From the NCBI GenBank assembly GCA_950097015.1, contig CATNEN010000038.1, positions 30,256,001 through 30,320,000 of the forward strand: a stretch of DNA of 64,000 nt, read 5' to 3'. Positions 12,123 through 26,070 of this stretch are shown here, piece by piece. Numbering within the stretch: the first letter of the stretch is position 1; each line of letters starts with the position of its first letter. The notes beneath the pieces were generated by a model. The model worked only from the letters and a program-made list of their open reading frames with translations. It did no database searches and had not been told where the DNA came from. Made by a program: the position numbers and the translations under genes. Source of the stretch: Macrostomum hystrix (lineage: Eukaryota > Animalia > Platyhelminthes).

Positions 12123-14080
12123 TGTTAGTGTGGCTGGGCCCTCGACATCAGCCAAAGCAAGTGCGATATATATTTATAAGAGAACAGGGTGGGTGGCAAC
12201 ATGTGCCATAGAGATAAAAGGACAAAGTTCGTCCGCATATACTCGTATATATATAAAGCAATGCCTGCAGTCACATCATCACCTCCCCTTTTTAGTTTGG
12301 TTAGGTGCGCTGCTGATCTGGTTCTCCAAGTTTCGAATAGCCCAGCCGTTGAGGTGGAATACCGCGGTTTGCTCTTGTACTGCGTCTCAGTGGCGCCGCC
12401 TCCTATGGTGTGCTTGACTCCGATTGGCGAACTGGACAGGCGAAATCAGTTTCCGTCAGTGGCTGTAGCTTCCTCAAATATAGCCGGTTTCGCCGCAGTG
12501 TTCTGCCACTGGACAGCATGATGAGGTAGTCCCTGTGCTTGCCTACCTCTACCACTTTTCCCGGAAGCTCCCACCTTTTGTTGACTGGGTTCTGGACAAC
12601 GACTGTCGATCCACTTTGAATATTTGGCAGGGGTCGCTTGTTGCGGTCACTTGTGGCGCGCCGCCACAGTGTGTTGCATTTTTAGCGCCTTTGTCTCCAT
12701 TTCTGATACCGTCTTTTGCCATTCTAGGGAAAAGCTTTTTCGGTGTGCCGGTAGAGAATCCCGAGCTGGGTGGCCAAAGAGAAGAACCGATGGGATTCTG
12801 CCATCATACATACATACATCATACATTTTGGCGTGAAGCGTCTGTGTGTAATGCCGTTGGCTTACTTTATGGTAATATGCCAGTGATGGTACTTGTGAAA
12901 GACGACGTCGAGCTTCTTGGTGGTCTTTGTCCCATGAGAATATGTTCTTGCTGCTTAGAAGAGGTCTTAAGGGGCCAGTTATTTCTGCCATTTTGTCTGT
13001 AAATGGTCCCACCTAGTCCCATGAATGAACGAAGATCGGTAATGTTGGTTGGCTGAGGGAATTTGGATATAGTCTTTGTCAAGTTCGGGTCGATTTCGTA
13101 GCCATTCTTAGATAGCTTGATGAAGCCAGCAAAGTTGACACTTTTCTTTGCGAAGGCATTAAAGCACGTTTTGTCTTTCGCCGGACAGGTGGACCTGGGA
13201 TGATTGGACTTCCCACAGAATCCGCAAGTTATATTTGGACATAGGCGTGGCGAGGCGTGGCGTGTCGTAGAGGCGCCACTCGTGCTCCTGTACTGAACTC
13301 CGGGCTTTGCCTTCCACGTGACTCTAGCCGGTGACTTGTTCGACGAATCTTTGATGCTGTTCAAGCTTGTGCAGCTAATCTCGTCTCTCTGCTTCACTGA
13401 CGCTTCTTCAGCCCTGCATATCTGAAGTGCTTCCGCCAAGGTTAAATGTGGCTCTGCCAGTAGTTTTCTTCACTGCTTCAGGGCTGTTGACTCCCAGGAC
13501 GATCTTGTCGCGCAACAGGTCATCAGAGTGCTCACAAAATCTACAGGTTCTCATGAGGTCTCTCAATGCCAAGACATATTCGTTGAAAGGCTCACCATCC
13601 TTCTGATGTCTCTTCCAGAATCGATTGCGCTCCACAATGATGTTCACGTGTCCTAATAGATGCTCTCTGAGCGAGGCAATCACGACCTCCGGGTCTTTAA
13701 ATTCCACTTCCGTCAGTGGCAGATTCTTGTACTTGCTGAAGCTAGCTGAGGAGAAGGCATTTAGCATGCAAGCGCGTCGACTGACTTTCTTCTGCGCTGC
13801 TGTTGCGGCAGAGTCGCCCGCGAGGTTGTGGATGTTCAGCGCCTTGAAGTAGGCCTCCAGGGTAGCTTGCCACGCGTCAAAGTCATCTAGCGTGTCAGTC
13901 GCAAGATCCAGCCGAGGAATTTGGAGTCCGGGTAGGCTGACTTTGGCCGTTCCCGTATCCGCGGCGCTCCTTGTCGGTGGTGCCATTGAAGGAGACCTTG
14001 CTGGCGAAGTGGACATCCCGCTGAGATTTCCGCAGGGTCAAAAATTGCGTTGCGATGCCATGTTAGTGTGGCTGGGCCCT
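12123..14080 (-). mobile_element. Internally deleted Ty3/Gypsy LTR retrotransposon
   Basis: 3' LTR 12123-12281 (TG...CA) preceded by PPT AAAAAGGGGAGG; only the last 20 bp of the 5' LTR remain (14061-14080, identical to 12123-12142), followed by TGG-starting PBS; gag 13408-14016 frameshifted into CCHC knuckle CGFCGKSNHPRSTC; RT/RNaseH fragments (FPQPTNITDLRSFMGL, PLRPLLSSKNIFSW). Confidence 0.88.
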
Positions 14081-14397
14081 GGAGAACTGAAGCAATGCAG
14101 AGATAAGTGTCTCGCGTCGGTAATCGAACCTCAGACCTTCAAGTCTCGAGTGCGAAGCTTAAATTTAATTAAATAAATTAAATTTTATTGTCAGGGGACA
14201 AAAACGGATACAATGTCCCCAACTTTTTCCCCCAGAACCGAGCATCCGTTAAATTAAAAGCAAGCACAATTACTACTTTACTACTTGAATAGTGAGAAAA
14301 AAACCCTCTGCCATCTAAAGCCGCATTTCTTAGATCAAAGAGATTTAGCGGCTCAATGCTGAACTCTCAGATTTCAAAGTCTTCTGGATGGTCTTAC

Positions 14398-14820
14398 GCC
14401 TAACTTCCTCTCGCATGCAGCGAAACACTTCGCTCTGAAAGTGCTCATTAGTGGAACTATACGGCCTAGTTCGGACAATGTAACGCAGATCGTGGCCAAA
14501 TCGTTTCTCTATTGATGTGCCCAATAGCCGGCTGAAAGTCACTCTAGTCTCGTCTTTCTGATTTGAGAACGTCTTGTCGTCATCCGGCACGTGCACAACC
14601 AGCAGATTCTGATGCGGTCTGGGTGGCCATTTGTAGTACTTAAATATGGCCACTAACATGCCTTCTAGGTCTGCGTTAATGGGGCCTAGGCGGATCATGT
14701 TGAAGTATTCGTCTTTGTCTTCGAGGCTAGCCGTGCCGCCGGAGGTGATAATTGGTTTGCGGTACAGGTAGTATCGATTGTAGCGAGCCACAGCCGCGAG
14801 GCAGAATGTACAGAACGGAC
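14398..14820 (-). CDS. Receptor GC variable cassette V1, exon 2 (ANF-receptor N-terminal ligand-binding region)
   Basis: cgcgcag|GT acceptor (phase 1) gives GPFCTFCLAAVARY..KPIITSGG..IRLGP; donor AGG C|gtaaga (phase 1); 423 nt. Confidence 0.88.
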
Positions 14821-15129
14821 CTGCGCGTGGGTCGTACATACTTTTTTGTATTTAATTTAGCATATGTTTTCTTTATCAGTTGGTGCTTTGTGACTTCATG
14901 AACTACTGGATTTAAAACAAAAAGTATGAGGATATATTTACGTACTATTGTAACCGTCTGGATTGCTTAGTTTAGCTCAAGGACATCAGTGTAAAAACGT
15001 ATGAATAGTTTCTTAAAATCTTCTACTATCCGTTTTTTGAAAGGTCTTTGCGACTATTTTCTTAGAAAATTCAGTGGCAAATTTTCTAGAAACGTACGAG
15101 CGTAAATATTTAAGATACGAAAATAGTTT

Positions 15130-15700
15130 CTATGACTGGTTTATAAAAATTTCTCAGATAAGCTTCTTGGAAAATTCTCTGACAGTTTCCTAGAAACTTG
15201 CATTGCTTGACCAGTTTCCATGAAAGTTATTTGACAGTTTCCTAAAAAATTCGATGACATGACCAGTTTCGTGGAAACCTGTCTGAAAAGTTTCCTGGAA
15301 ACTTCTGTGACAGGTTTTCTTGACACTTCAATGACTATTTTTCAGAAAATTATCTGACAGGTTTCCCGGAAACTTCAATGACAAGTTGCCTGGAAACTTT
15401 AATGACAAGTTTCATTTAAACTTTTCTGACAGGTTTCCTGGAAACTTTTCTAACTGGTTTCCTGTAAACTTCAATGAACAGTTTCCTGGAAACTTTTCTG
15501 ACACGTTTTTTCAAGAAACTTAAATGACCAGTTCCATGGAAACTCTTTTGACAGTTCCTGGAAACTTCTCTCACCAGTTTCCTGGAAACTTCTCTCACCA
15601 GTTTCCTGGAAACTTCTCACACCAGTTTCTTGGAAACTTCTCTCACCAGTTTCCTGGAAACTTCTCTCACCAGTTTCCTGGAAACTTTTCTCACCAGCTT
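15130..15700. repeat. 24-bp degenerate minisatellite (CAGTTTCCTGGAAACTTCTCTCAC)
   Basis: Direct tandem repeat with internal palindrome. Confidence 0.88.
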
Positions 15701-15816
15701 CCCGAAAAAAATTCTTAGACCATATAATATATTTTTGTTGGTTTTCAAAATCCTCTATGTTTCCGAACGGTACAAACAGTTATTTGAGGCTCAAACAATT
15801 AACACCATACACTCAC

Positions 15817-16120
15817 CAAGCATCAAGTCGACATCCTTCAGCAGCAGCAGAGCAATGACTGGCGCGTATTTGTAATCGCATTGGCTGTCATTGGCTATGA
15901 TGCGGATTCGAACCCCGGGCAGCATTTTGTCAAGACCGGCTGATCTCAGTGCGACATCGACAACAGGTTGAACTGCTTCCAAACTGACGCCGGGAACTCC
16001 GTGAAGCTTCGCCGGCAAGAATATTGCGATGGTTAAGCTGTCCTTGGAGCTGACTAATTGTGGCGGCAGCAACAGCAACAACAGCAGCAGCAGCAGCAAG
16101 CAGCCAAGTCTATTCGACAT
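15817..16120 (-). CDS. Receptor GC variable cassette V1, exon 1 (signal peptide + start of ectodomain)
   Basis: ATG at 16120, poly-Leu signal peptide, LTIAIFLP..ANDSQC..VDLML, donor G|gtgagt (phase 1); 304 nt. Confidence 0.9.
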
Positions 16121-16253
16121 CCTAGCCCCAAAGACGATTCCTTACATAGGTACTGAGTGAAATAGTGTCTCGATGTTTGTTCTGTCGAAATGCTGTCGTT
16201 TTTATCAGAAAGACTTGGCTGCGTACAATAAACTAATTCTTATCGCGTCGAGG

Positions 16254-16310
16254 ATTGGGAGAGAAAATAGAAATTGGGATCTATTCGGAGCGATTTGATT
16301 GGTCCATTGG
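16254..16310 (-). promoter_or_regulatory. Putative V1 promoter (cluster of four CCAAT boxes)
   Basis: ATTGG at 16254, 16273, 16298, 16306, about 135-190 nt upstream of the V1 ATG. Confidence 0.5.
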
Positions 16311-16649
16311 TCTCCAGCTGTTTTAGAATATTTGTGCAAGTACTTTCTTTGGTCAGTGGAAATCTCAGATCCGTACAAAATGCTTAGTTTTTTATAGTGT
16401 AAGAGAAGCGTGCCAACTATTGAGTCTAAGACTTCTCGATATGGACAAGTAAATATCTAATAAATCAATAGGTGTGCATGGGAAAATAGCCTTGCTAGTA
16501 GAATAAGACCTTGATCAAATTAAGCCTGCCACAATGTCTTAATTTACTTCTATATATTATTTTTCAATATCTAGTCTTGATATAAGTCATTCTTTACTTT
16601 ACTGGAAGCTGTTTAATTATTGTCTCTTTCTAACAGGTGAGATATTCGA

Positions 16650-17310
16650 TCTCATCTTAGATATCTATGTCTAACATCTTAGATATCGATAGTGTCTAAC
16701 ATCTTAGATATCGACAGTGTCTAACATCTTAGATATCGACAGTGTCTAACATGTTAGATATCGATTGTGTCTAACATCTTAGATATCTATGTCTAACATC
16801 TTAGATATCGACAGTGTCTAACATCTTAGATATCGACAGTGTCTAACATGTAAGATATCGATTGTGTCTAACATCTTAGATATCGATTGTGTCTAACATC
16901 TTAGATATTGATTGTGTCTAACATGTTAGGTATCGATTGTGTCTAACATGTTAGATATTGATTGTGTCTAACATGTTAGATATCGATTGCGTCTAACATG
17001 TTAGATATTGATTGTGTCTAAAATGTTAGATATTGATTGTGTCTAAAATGTTAGATATCGATTGTGTCTAACATGTTAGATATCGATTGTGTCTAACATC
17101 TTAGATATCGATTGTGTCTAGCATGTTAGATATCGATTGTGTGTAACATGTTAGATATCGATTGTGTCTAACATCTTAGATATCGATTGTGTCTAACATC
17201 TTAGATATCGATTGTGTCTAACATCTTAGATATCGATTGTGTCTAACATCTTAGATATCGATTGTGTCTAACATGTTAGATATCGATTGTGTCTAATATC
17301 TAAGATAATA
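16650..17310. repeat. 24-bp minisatellite (GTCTAACATGTTAGATATCGATTGT-like)
   Basis: Direct tandem repeat containing palindrome TCTAACATGTTAGA. Confidence 0.92.
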
Positions 17311-17899
17311 ATTCTGTCCAACGGGTTAGATCTAGATTCTTTTGTAAAAAGTAAGGATTTAATTTTTGTTTAAATTTCGAAGCGCTATAAATTTTTCGGT
17401 CCAAAAAAACATATTTTTGACGTTTCAACATTGCAATAAGTCTTAGAATTGTGAGAGGTACTTTTTGGACTGTAAACAAACAGATATTTTTCTTTGTTTT
17501 TAAGAAGTTTCAAAACGGTTCAAGATTTTAATCTCGGTCTGATGTTTAGACAAACGGAGACACTTTCATCAGTCAGATTTTATGCAGTTTGCAGTCTTCC
17601 GCCAGTTTCTGCAAAAGCCAAATATATACAGTAAAACAAAGTATTGACAATATTTTGCTATTGATTAATCGTAATCTTATATAACAAAAGTTTATATAAA
17701 AAGTCGAGTCCCACTGGAGAGTTCTTAGAAAAGCCGCTCAACTTGTTGAGTCCTAGCCTTGAGTAGCTCAGACTTAAAGCACGATTGAATCGATGACATA
17801 TTTTTGTTGACAAGCAACAATTTTTTACTTGGCTGCGAATTAAAGAATTAAAAAATATTACTTTAAAAAACTATAGCTGAAAATCATAATTCCTGGAAA

Positions 17900-18920
17900 T
17901 TTCTTAATCTACGAAACTCCCGAATTTCTGAAATTCCCAAATCTATGAAATTCCCGAATCTATGAAATTGCCAAATCTATGAAATTCCCGAATCTATGAA
18001 ACTCCCTAATCTATGAAATTCCCGAATCTATGAAATTCCCGAAACTATAAAATTCCCAAATCTATGAAATTCTGAATCGATGAAATTTCCAAATCTATGA
18101 AATTCCCAAATCTACGAAATTCCCGAATTTCTGAAATTCCCGAATTTCTGAAATTCCCGAATCTATGAAATTCCCGAATTTCTAAAATTCCCGAATCTAT
18201 GAAATTCCCGAATCTATGAAATTTCCGAATCTATGAAATTCCCAAATCTATGAAATTCCCAAATCGATGAAATTCCAGAATCTATGAAATACCCAAATCT
18301 ATGAAATTCCCGAATCTATGAAATTCCCGAAACTATGAAATTCCCGAATCTATGAAATTCCCAAATCGATAAAATTCCCGAATCTATGAAATACCCAAAT
18401 CTATGAAATTCCCGAATCTATGAAATTCCCGAAACTATGAAATTCCCGAATCTATGAAATTCCCAAATCGATAAAATTCCCGAATCTATGAAATTCCCAA
18501 ATCTATGAAATTCCCAAATCTATGAAATTCCCGAATCTATGAAATTCCCGAATCTATGAAATTCCCAAATCTATGAAATTCCCGAATCTATGAAATTCCC
18601 GAATCTATGAAATTTCCGAATCTATGAAATTCCCAAATCTATGAAATTCCCGAATCTATGAAATTCCCGAATCTATGAAATTTCCGAATCTATGAAATTC
18701 CCGAATCTATGAAATTCCCGAATCTATGAAATTTCCGAATCGATGAAATTCCCGAATCACCGAAATTATCAAATCAAGGAAATTCCTGAATCAATGAAAT
18801 TCCCAAATCAATAAAATTCCTGATTCAACGAAATTTCCGAATCGATGAAATTCCCGAATTTCTGAAAATTCTCGAATGGAATAAATTCCCGAATCTATGA
18901 AATTCCTAAATCAATGAAAT
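17900..18920. repeat. 17-bp minisatellite (GAAATTCCCGAATCTAT)n
   Basis: Direct tandem repeat. Confidence 0.95.
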
Positions 18921-20174
18921 TTAAGAATAGCCTAAATTCTTGGCGATTCTAGCAAATTTAGCAAAAACTTTCTTCAGAAACGAATCGAGTTGAGTCTTTG
19001 TTGTTGAAGGAGTATTTAGGGATCTTGGAGTATTTAGAATTTGTTCAAAGATAAATATAGCTTCGCTGTAAACAAAACAACGGCTGTGTAGATAAATACT
19101 GATTTATTAAAGAGAAAGGAAAGGACACAAAATTCTAAGAAATGACTTTAATAAATCGGATTATAAGCCCTTAAGCTTTATAGTGTTTGCCTAATCTGAA
19201 TCCTATACCTAATTTAGCTATGAATCTAAATAAAGATAATATTATTCACAGGTTTTTTAAATAATTAAATTGGCAGGACAGGTGTAAATAATATCTCAAA
19301 CAAACCAATATATATTAAAAGAACATTCTACTAGTAGGCAGCTATTTTTGAAACAAGAAACTGAACCTGCAGCCACTCGATTGTAAAGACACCGTGTTAT
19401 CTCTAAGACGGCCTTTTTGAGTTTTCCCTCCCTGCCTACGAGGAGGCGAGTTCGCGGATAAGTGGACTCTGGCAGCTGAACTCGAGTTGGCAAATGCACT
19501 CCATCCTGTCCTCCATCGCCTCATTAGGCAAATTAGGATCCCCCCTTCAGTGAGCCATGGAGTTGTGCTCACTGCTCATCTACATCTTTTCTTATCCTCT
19601 GTGTCAGCAATTGCTTTAACTGTAGCATCCCAATCGTCCACTAACTTTACGCGAAAAGTAAAGTGATCGTTCTATTTTTTGTACAAGCAAAGTACAAAGT
19701 ACTCGTGTTGGTTAGATCGAGTCAAATTTCTTTGTCAACAAAACAACTTGTAGACTCGTCCTGCCAAATTAAAGTCTAAATTATTCAAAAGAAAATTATT
19801 AAAATTTCAATTCGGAGTTACCTAAAAATATGAAGAACGGGTAGTTTTAATTCTTACGTCGAGTCAAACAATGAAAATATTTTCTTGTTATCTTACTTAT
19901 AAGGGAAAATAGCAGTGTAGTTAAAATATTTATTCCGAAATTTTCTATCTTTAAAATGGAGTCTAGCAATATTTTCGATTATTTACTTGTTTACTAGACT
20001 TCTGGTATGTTTTTAACTTTTTTGGTATTCATTGAACTGCGAAATCTATTCAATCTTAGAAGTCCCTGCTGATTTTCTAATAATTGAGACAATAAAATCC
20101 TTAGAACTTTCATGGCACTAAGGAAACATGAAATTCTTGGGATATTGAAATCTTAGGTAATCATCGGGTATTAG

Positions 20175-22905
20175 GGGATATTGGAATATTTGGGGATCTT
20201 GGAGTATTTGGGGATCTTGGAATATTTAGGGATCTTGGAGTATTTAGGGATCTTAGAGTATTTGGGGATCTTGGAGTATTTGGGGATCTTAGAGTATTTG
20301 GGGATCTTGGAGTATTTTGGGATCTTGGAGTATTTGGGGATATTGGAATATTTGGGGATCTTGGAGTATTTGGGGATCTTGGAATATTTAGGGATCTTGG
20401 AGTATTTAGGGATCTTAGAGTATTTGGGGATCTTGGAGTATTTGGGGATCTTAGAGTATTTGGGGATCTTGGAGTATTTTGGGATCTTGGAGTATTTGGG
20501 GATCTTGGAGTATTTGGGGATCTTGGAGTATTTGGGGATCTTGGAATATTTAGGGATCTTGGAGTATTTAGGGATCTTAGAGTATTTGGGGATCTTGGAG
20601 TATTTGGGGATCTTAGAGTATTTGGGGATCTTGGAGTATTTTGGGATCTTGGAGTATTTAGAGATCTTGGAGTATTTGGGGATCTTGGAGTATTTGGGGA
20701 TCTTAGAGTATTTGGGGATCTTGGAGTATTTTGGGATCTTGGAGTATTTAGGGATCTTGGAGTATTTGGGGATCTTGGAGTATTTGGGGATCTTGGAGTA
20801 TTTGGGGATCTTGGAGTATTTGGGGATCTTGGAGTATTTAGGGATCTTGGAGTATTTAGGGATCTTAGAGTATTTGGGGATCTTGGAGTATTTGGGGATC
20901 TTAGAGTATTTGGGGATCTTGGAGTATTTAGGGATCTTGGAGTATTTAGGGATCTTGGAGTATTTGGGGATCTTGGAGTATTTGGGGATCTTGGAGTATT
21001 TGGGGATCTTGGAGTATTTGGGGATCTTGGAGTATTTGGGGATCTTGGAGTATTTGGGGATCTTGGAGTATTGAGGATCTTAGAGTATTTGGGGATCTTG
21101 GAGTATTTGGGGATCTTGGAGTATTTGGGGATCTTAGAGTATTTGGGGATCTTTGAGTATTTAGGGATCTTGGAGTATTTAGGGATCTTAGAGTATTTGG
21201 GGATCTTGGAGTATTTGGGGATCTTGGAGTATTTGGGGATCTTAGAGTATTTGGGGATCTTGGAGTATTTGGGGATCTTGGAGTATTTGGGGATCTTAGA
21301 GTATTTGGGGATCTTTGAGTATTTAGGGATCTTGGAGTATTTAGGGATCTTAGAGTATTTGGGGATCTTGGAGTATTTGGGGATCTTGGAGTATTTGGGG
21401 ATCTTAGAGTATTTGGGGATCTTGGAGTGTTTGGGGATCTTGGAGTATTTAGGGATCTTGGAGTATTTGGGGATCTTGGAGTATTTGGGGATCTTGGAGT
21501 AGTTGGGATCTTAGTACATTTGGGTATCTTGGAGTATTTGGGGATCTTGGAGTATTTAGGGATCTTGGAGTATTTGGGGATCTTGGAGTATTTGGGGATC
21601 TTGGAGTATTTAGGGATCTTGGAGTATTTGGGGATCTTGGAGTATTTGGGGATCTTAGAGTATTTGGGGATCTTGGAGTATTTAGGGATCTTAGAGTATT
21701 TGGGGATCTTGGAGTATTTGGGGATCTTGGAGTATTTAGGGATCTTGGAGTATTTGGGGATCTTGGAGTATTTGGGGATCTTGGAGTATTTGGGGATCTT
21801 GGAGTATTTGGGGATCTTGGAGTATTTAGGGATCTTAGAGTATTTGGGGATCTTGGAGTATTTGGGGATCTTGGAGTATTTGGGGATCTTGGAGTATTTG
21901 GGGATCTTGGAGTATTTGGGGATCTTGGAGTATTTGGGGATCTTAGAGTATTTGGGGATCTTGGAGTATTTGGGGATCTTGTAGTATTTAGGGATCTTGG
22001 AGTATTTGGGGATCTTGGAGTATTTGGGGATCTTGGAGTATTTGGGGATCTTGGAGTATTTGGGGATCTTGGAGTATTTGGGGATCTTGGAGTATTTGGG
22101 GATCTTAGAGTATTTGGGGATCTTGGAGTATTTAGGGATCTTGGAGTATTTAGGGATCTTAGAGTATTTGGGGATCTTGGAGTATTTGGGGATCTTGGAG
22201 TATTGGGGATCTTAGAGTATTTGGGGATCTTGGAGTATTTGGGGATCTTGGAGTATTTGGGGATCTTAGAGTATTTGGGGATCTTGGAGTATTTAGGGAT
22301 CTTGGAGTATTTAGGGATCTTAGAGTATTTGGGGATCTTGGAGTATTTGGGGATCTTGGAGTATTTGGGGATCTTAGAGTATTTGGGGATCTTGGAGTAT
22401 TTGGGGATCTTGGAGTATTTGGGGATCTTGGAGTATTTGGGGATCTTGGAGTATTTGGGGATCTTGGAGTAGTTGGGATCTTAGTACATTTGGGTATCTT
22501 GGAGTATTTGGGGATCTTGGAGTATTTAGGGATCTTGGAGTATTTGGGGATCTTGGAGTATTTGGGGATCTTGGAGTATTTAGGGATCTTGGAGTATTTG
22601 GGGATCTTGGAGTAGTTGGGATCTTAGTACATTTGGGTATCTTGGAGTATTTGGGGATCTTGGAGTATTTAGGGATCTTGGAGTATTTGGGGATCTTGGA
22701 GTAGTTGGGATCTTAGTACATTTGGGTATCTTGGAGTATTTGGGGATCTTGGAGTATTTAGGGATCTTGGAGTATTTGGGGATCTTGGAGTAGTTGGGAT
22801 CTTATTACATTTGGGCATCTTGGAGTATTTGGGGATCCTGGAATATTTTGGGATGTTGGAACATTTGGGATATTATAATATTTGGGGATCTTAAAGTATT
22901 TTGGG
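20175..22905. repeat. 18-bp minisatellite (GGGATCTTGGAGTATTTG)n
   Basis: Direct tandem repeat, about 2.7 kb. Confidence 0.97.
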
Positions 22906-22977
22906 ATCATGGAATTTTGGGGTTGTCGAAATCTTGTGATCTTTGAATTCGAGTGGATCCTTTTGCCGCCCTCTCAC

Positions 22978-23330
22978 CGGAGTACTGGGCGGCAATCTTT
23001 CTCCGAAAAGCGATCTCAAACTCTTCAGGCCGGCCAGAATCGCTGAGACTCATAAACTCAGCTTCAATACCGAATTTTTTTCTAACTCCGTTTAGATCGA
23101 CCATGTGCAGATTGCAGCCCCGGTTGGCGTAGCCGTGGGTTGCGCTGTACAGGCCAAAGAATTTTCGCCAACGATTTTTTAGAAATATCGTTCTCAGAAT
23201 CGAGGCCATCAACTCGGCGCAGTTGAAACTGACTCGGACAAAGATGTTGTTGATGTACTGCACCTTGCTAGAGTCTCTGAAGTCAGCTTCAACAGATCCA
23301 ATGCTCACGACTGGCTTGTTCCATTTGGCT
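22978..23330 (-). CDS. Receptor GC variable cassette V2, exon 2
   Basis: aatttcag|A acceptor (phase 2) gives GAKWNKPVVSIGSVEADF..FVRV..NRWRK; donor TCC G|gtgaga (phase 1); 353 nt. Confidence 0.87.
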
Positions 23331-23918
23331 CTGAAATTTAGTTGATTTTTTCATAAGAAATCTGTGTCTACTAACAGTAGAGTAGTAAGCAGTTGCAAAA
23401 AGTTCTTTGATATTTAATAAAATGAGAGTAGCTTTCTAGGAAACCCTAGCAGTTTACTTGAAAGAAAAAAACTGAGATTTTATTCTGAGTGCATCTATTC
23501 TAGATGCTTTTAAAATATGTCCTGGCCCCGCCACCGCATTGACGCACATACGAGCTTTAGCAACGTGCTTAGAACGATTGCAGTTCGATTTTTTTCATAG
23601 ATAAAAATTTTCTCCTTTGTTTGCTACTCAAATCTGCTACTCAATAATAGTCACGTGACTTTCCTAGAAATGTGAAGTAGTCGCCCAAAGCTCCCATCTC
23701 TCCATGAAGACTACAATAGATTCGGCACTTATAATTAAGTTACTGACAGTTCCGTCAACATCACTGCCAGAATCTGGTACAAAATCCCTGCCAATTTAAT
23801 TTTCAATCCTCACTCCTTGTTTGACTGCTTTGACTGTCATCTGATGGACTGAATATTTTGGCTGAACAATGCCTCAAAATATTGTGTCGTTAAGCAAAAA
23901 GCTTAATTTCACCCCAGC

Positions 23919-24110
23919 GAGGGTTTAGCCACGATATCAAGGTCCGGGGTTCGATTCCCGACTCCACAAGAGCAATTAGTGACATATAGCAAGACACTGA
24001 ACTCTGCATTAGTTCAGTTCACACAGTTCTTAAATGAGTACCAGCATTAGCTGGGATAATTGAGGATGAGTGTGGCGTCTCCCCAGTCCATGGACTGAAC
24101 AGCCGTACAG
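23919..24110 (+). mobile_element. SINE family A copy (in V2 intron, opposite orientation)
   Basis: ggttcgattcccgactcca..agcaagacactgaactctg..ccagtccatggactgaacagccgtac. Confidence 0.78.
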
Positions 24111-24217
24111 TCTTACAATGCCTTGTGGGTTGGCCCTCAACTCACGGGCGTAAATTGCGTCTCAAATGAATGCCAGAGCAATGAATCATAATTAAAGGTG
24201 ACAACCTTTCAACTCAC

Positions 24218-24615
24218 CCCGAGTACTGGACAATCTGACTCGAGCTCTCAGGACAAGCCAGGCCGACAAATCCATCGACGGCTCCCTTGTAGAAACTTTC
24301 CATAGCCGGCAGGGCCGCCAGATTTGAGCAGGTTGAGTTCACGAAGCTGATCTGCAGCTGAAACTGCTCAGTGAGGTTCAGGTGTCGCAGAGTATCCTGA
24401 ACATACGACTGACTGGGCTGGATGAGTTTGGCGCTGAATTGGTGCGTCGTGTTGAATGGCAACAGCGCCAGCAGGCGGTACTTCAACGCAGCGGACGGAA
24501 TGTACAAGCTAGTACTGCTAGCCAACCCTAACAGCAGCCTGGTAACCATTATCCAGCTAAAGTACATTCTTATTCTATATAGATTGAGAGTGTAAAGACA
24601 ACTAAGGCTGTTCAT
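24218..24615 (-). CDS. Receptor GC variable cassette V2, exon 1 (start may instead be Met at 24567 or 24549)
   Basis: Hydrophobic leader, LLALLPFNTTHQFS..FVNSTCS..VDGFVGLACPES; donor TCG GG|gtgagt (phase 2) matches the exon-2 acceptor phase. Confidence 0.85.
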
Positions 24616-25589
24616 AGCGCGCTGAAATATAGCGAAGACCTTATTGGACCTTAAAACGATTTCGACATTGTTAGAGAGCTAATAGATTTTGCCTTGCGAG
24701 CCAAATGGATTAGATTGAAAATTAGTTCTTAGTCGATTCTGATTGGCTGGGAGAGCCCCGGCCAAATAGCAGAACACCAGCAGACCCTAGCGGATTCAAG
24801 AGCTACATTCAGTCTAGTTTATACTCATAAATTCTGCAACGTTTAGAAATTTATTACATAATTGCACGGACGACCAAGGAATTGGGAGCTTGTGACATCC
24901 GGGGTTCGATTCTTTAAGCAAGATTTGGATCTTTGTGCAGGACACAAAGATGCCAACCTTTGCTATATTGGATCTGTCCAAGATCTGTACAGTCCATGGA
25001 CAGAACAGCTGTACACATTTATCTGCGGCTGTGCTGTAAATTTTTGCCTAAAGAGAATAGCTTCAAAGGATCGCGGCAAAAAATTGAAAAGCTCTGTATA
25101 AGGTTTCGAATTTCTCAATTCCTAGTTCTAATCTATGAAAGGCCTAAATTTGTTCCATTTCTTGGCTTGGTATAGATAACTATTCGAAAAGATAAGACAG
25201 ACTTCAGTTTAGTAGGGAATTATTATTTCAATCGATTTATTGATAGTCGAAAGATTCTAAGAATTCAGTTCATGCGTCATGAATTTGTGTCAAACTTGCG
25301 CTCGAGTAACTTGGCCTCTTGTGGATTTCTGGCAGGATTTATCTACTGGAGATTTGACAGGTTGATATCAGATAAGAAATTCAGCGAGCCAGATTGCTAC
25401 TAAGCACCCAGGATTATTATTTCTGTCGAGAAGTAAAAATGTATCAATATTTAATCAGGGCACTAGTCAAATCTTTTACTATGAGTAGTAAGCTTTGGCG
25501 TAGTTTCATAATTAGCCAAATAATGTCAAAAAATATTCTCTGTTTCATCTCTATTGACAAATTAAAACTGACTGCTTTCCACTAACTGC

Positions 25590-26070
25590 AAACCTGTTAG
25601 ACAGAAAACCTGTTAGACAGAATGAAAACCTGTTAGACAGAATCGAATATTTTAGACAGAATGAAAACCTGTTAGACAGAATGAAAACCTGTTAGACAGA
25701 ATCGAATATTTTAGACAGAATGAAAACCTGTTAGACAGAATGAAAACCTGTTAGACAGAATGAAAACCTGTTAGACAGAATTAAATATTTTAGACAGAAT
25801 GAAAACCTGTTAGACAGAATGAAAACCGGTTAGACAGAATGAAAACCTGTTAGACAGAATGAAAACCTGTTAGACAGAATGAAAACCTGTTAGACAGAAT
25901 GAAATATTTTAGACAGAATGAAAACCTGTTAGACAGAATGAAAACCTGTTAGACAGAATGAAAACCTGTTAGACAGAATGAAAACCTGTTAGACAGAATA
26001 AAAAATTGTTAGACAGAATGAAAAACTCTTTGATAGAGTGACAACTGTCCTTAAAATGAGAACCTGTTAG
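25590..26070. repeat. 20-bp minisatellite (GAAAACCTGTTAGACAGAAT)n
   Basis: Direct tandem repeat. Confidence 0.93.

Noticed and set aside
19296-19572. Possible LINE (CR1/L2-like) 3' remnant; similar weak hint at 23700-23850
   Set aside because: Only faint motif resemblance; cannot be supported without a profile search
20181-22472. (ILEYLG)n ORFs resembling LRR or pentapeptide proteins
   Set aside because: 18-bp minisatellite artefact with frameshifts
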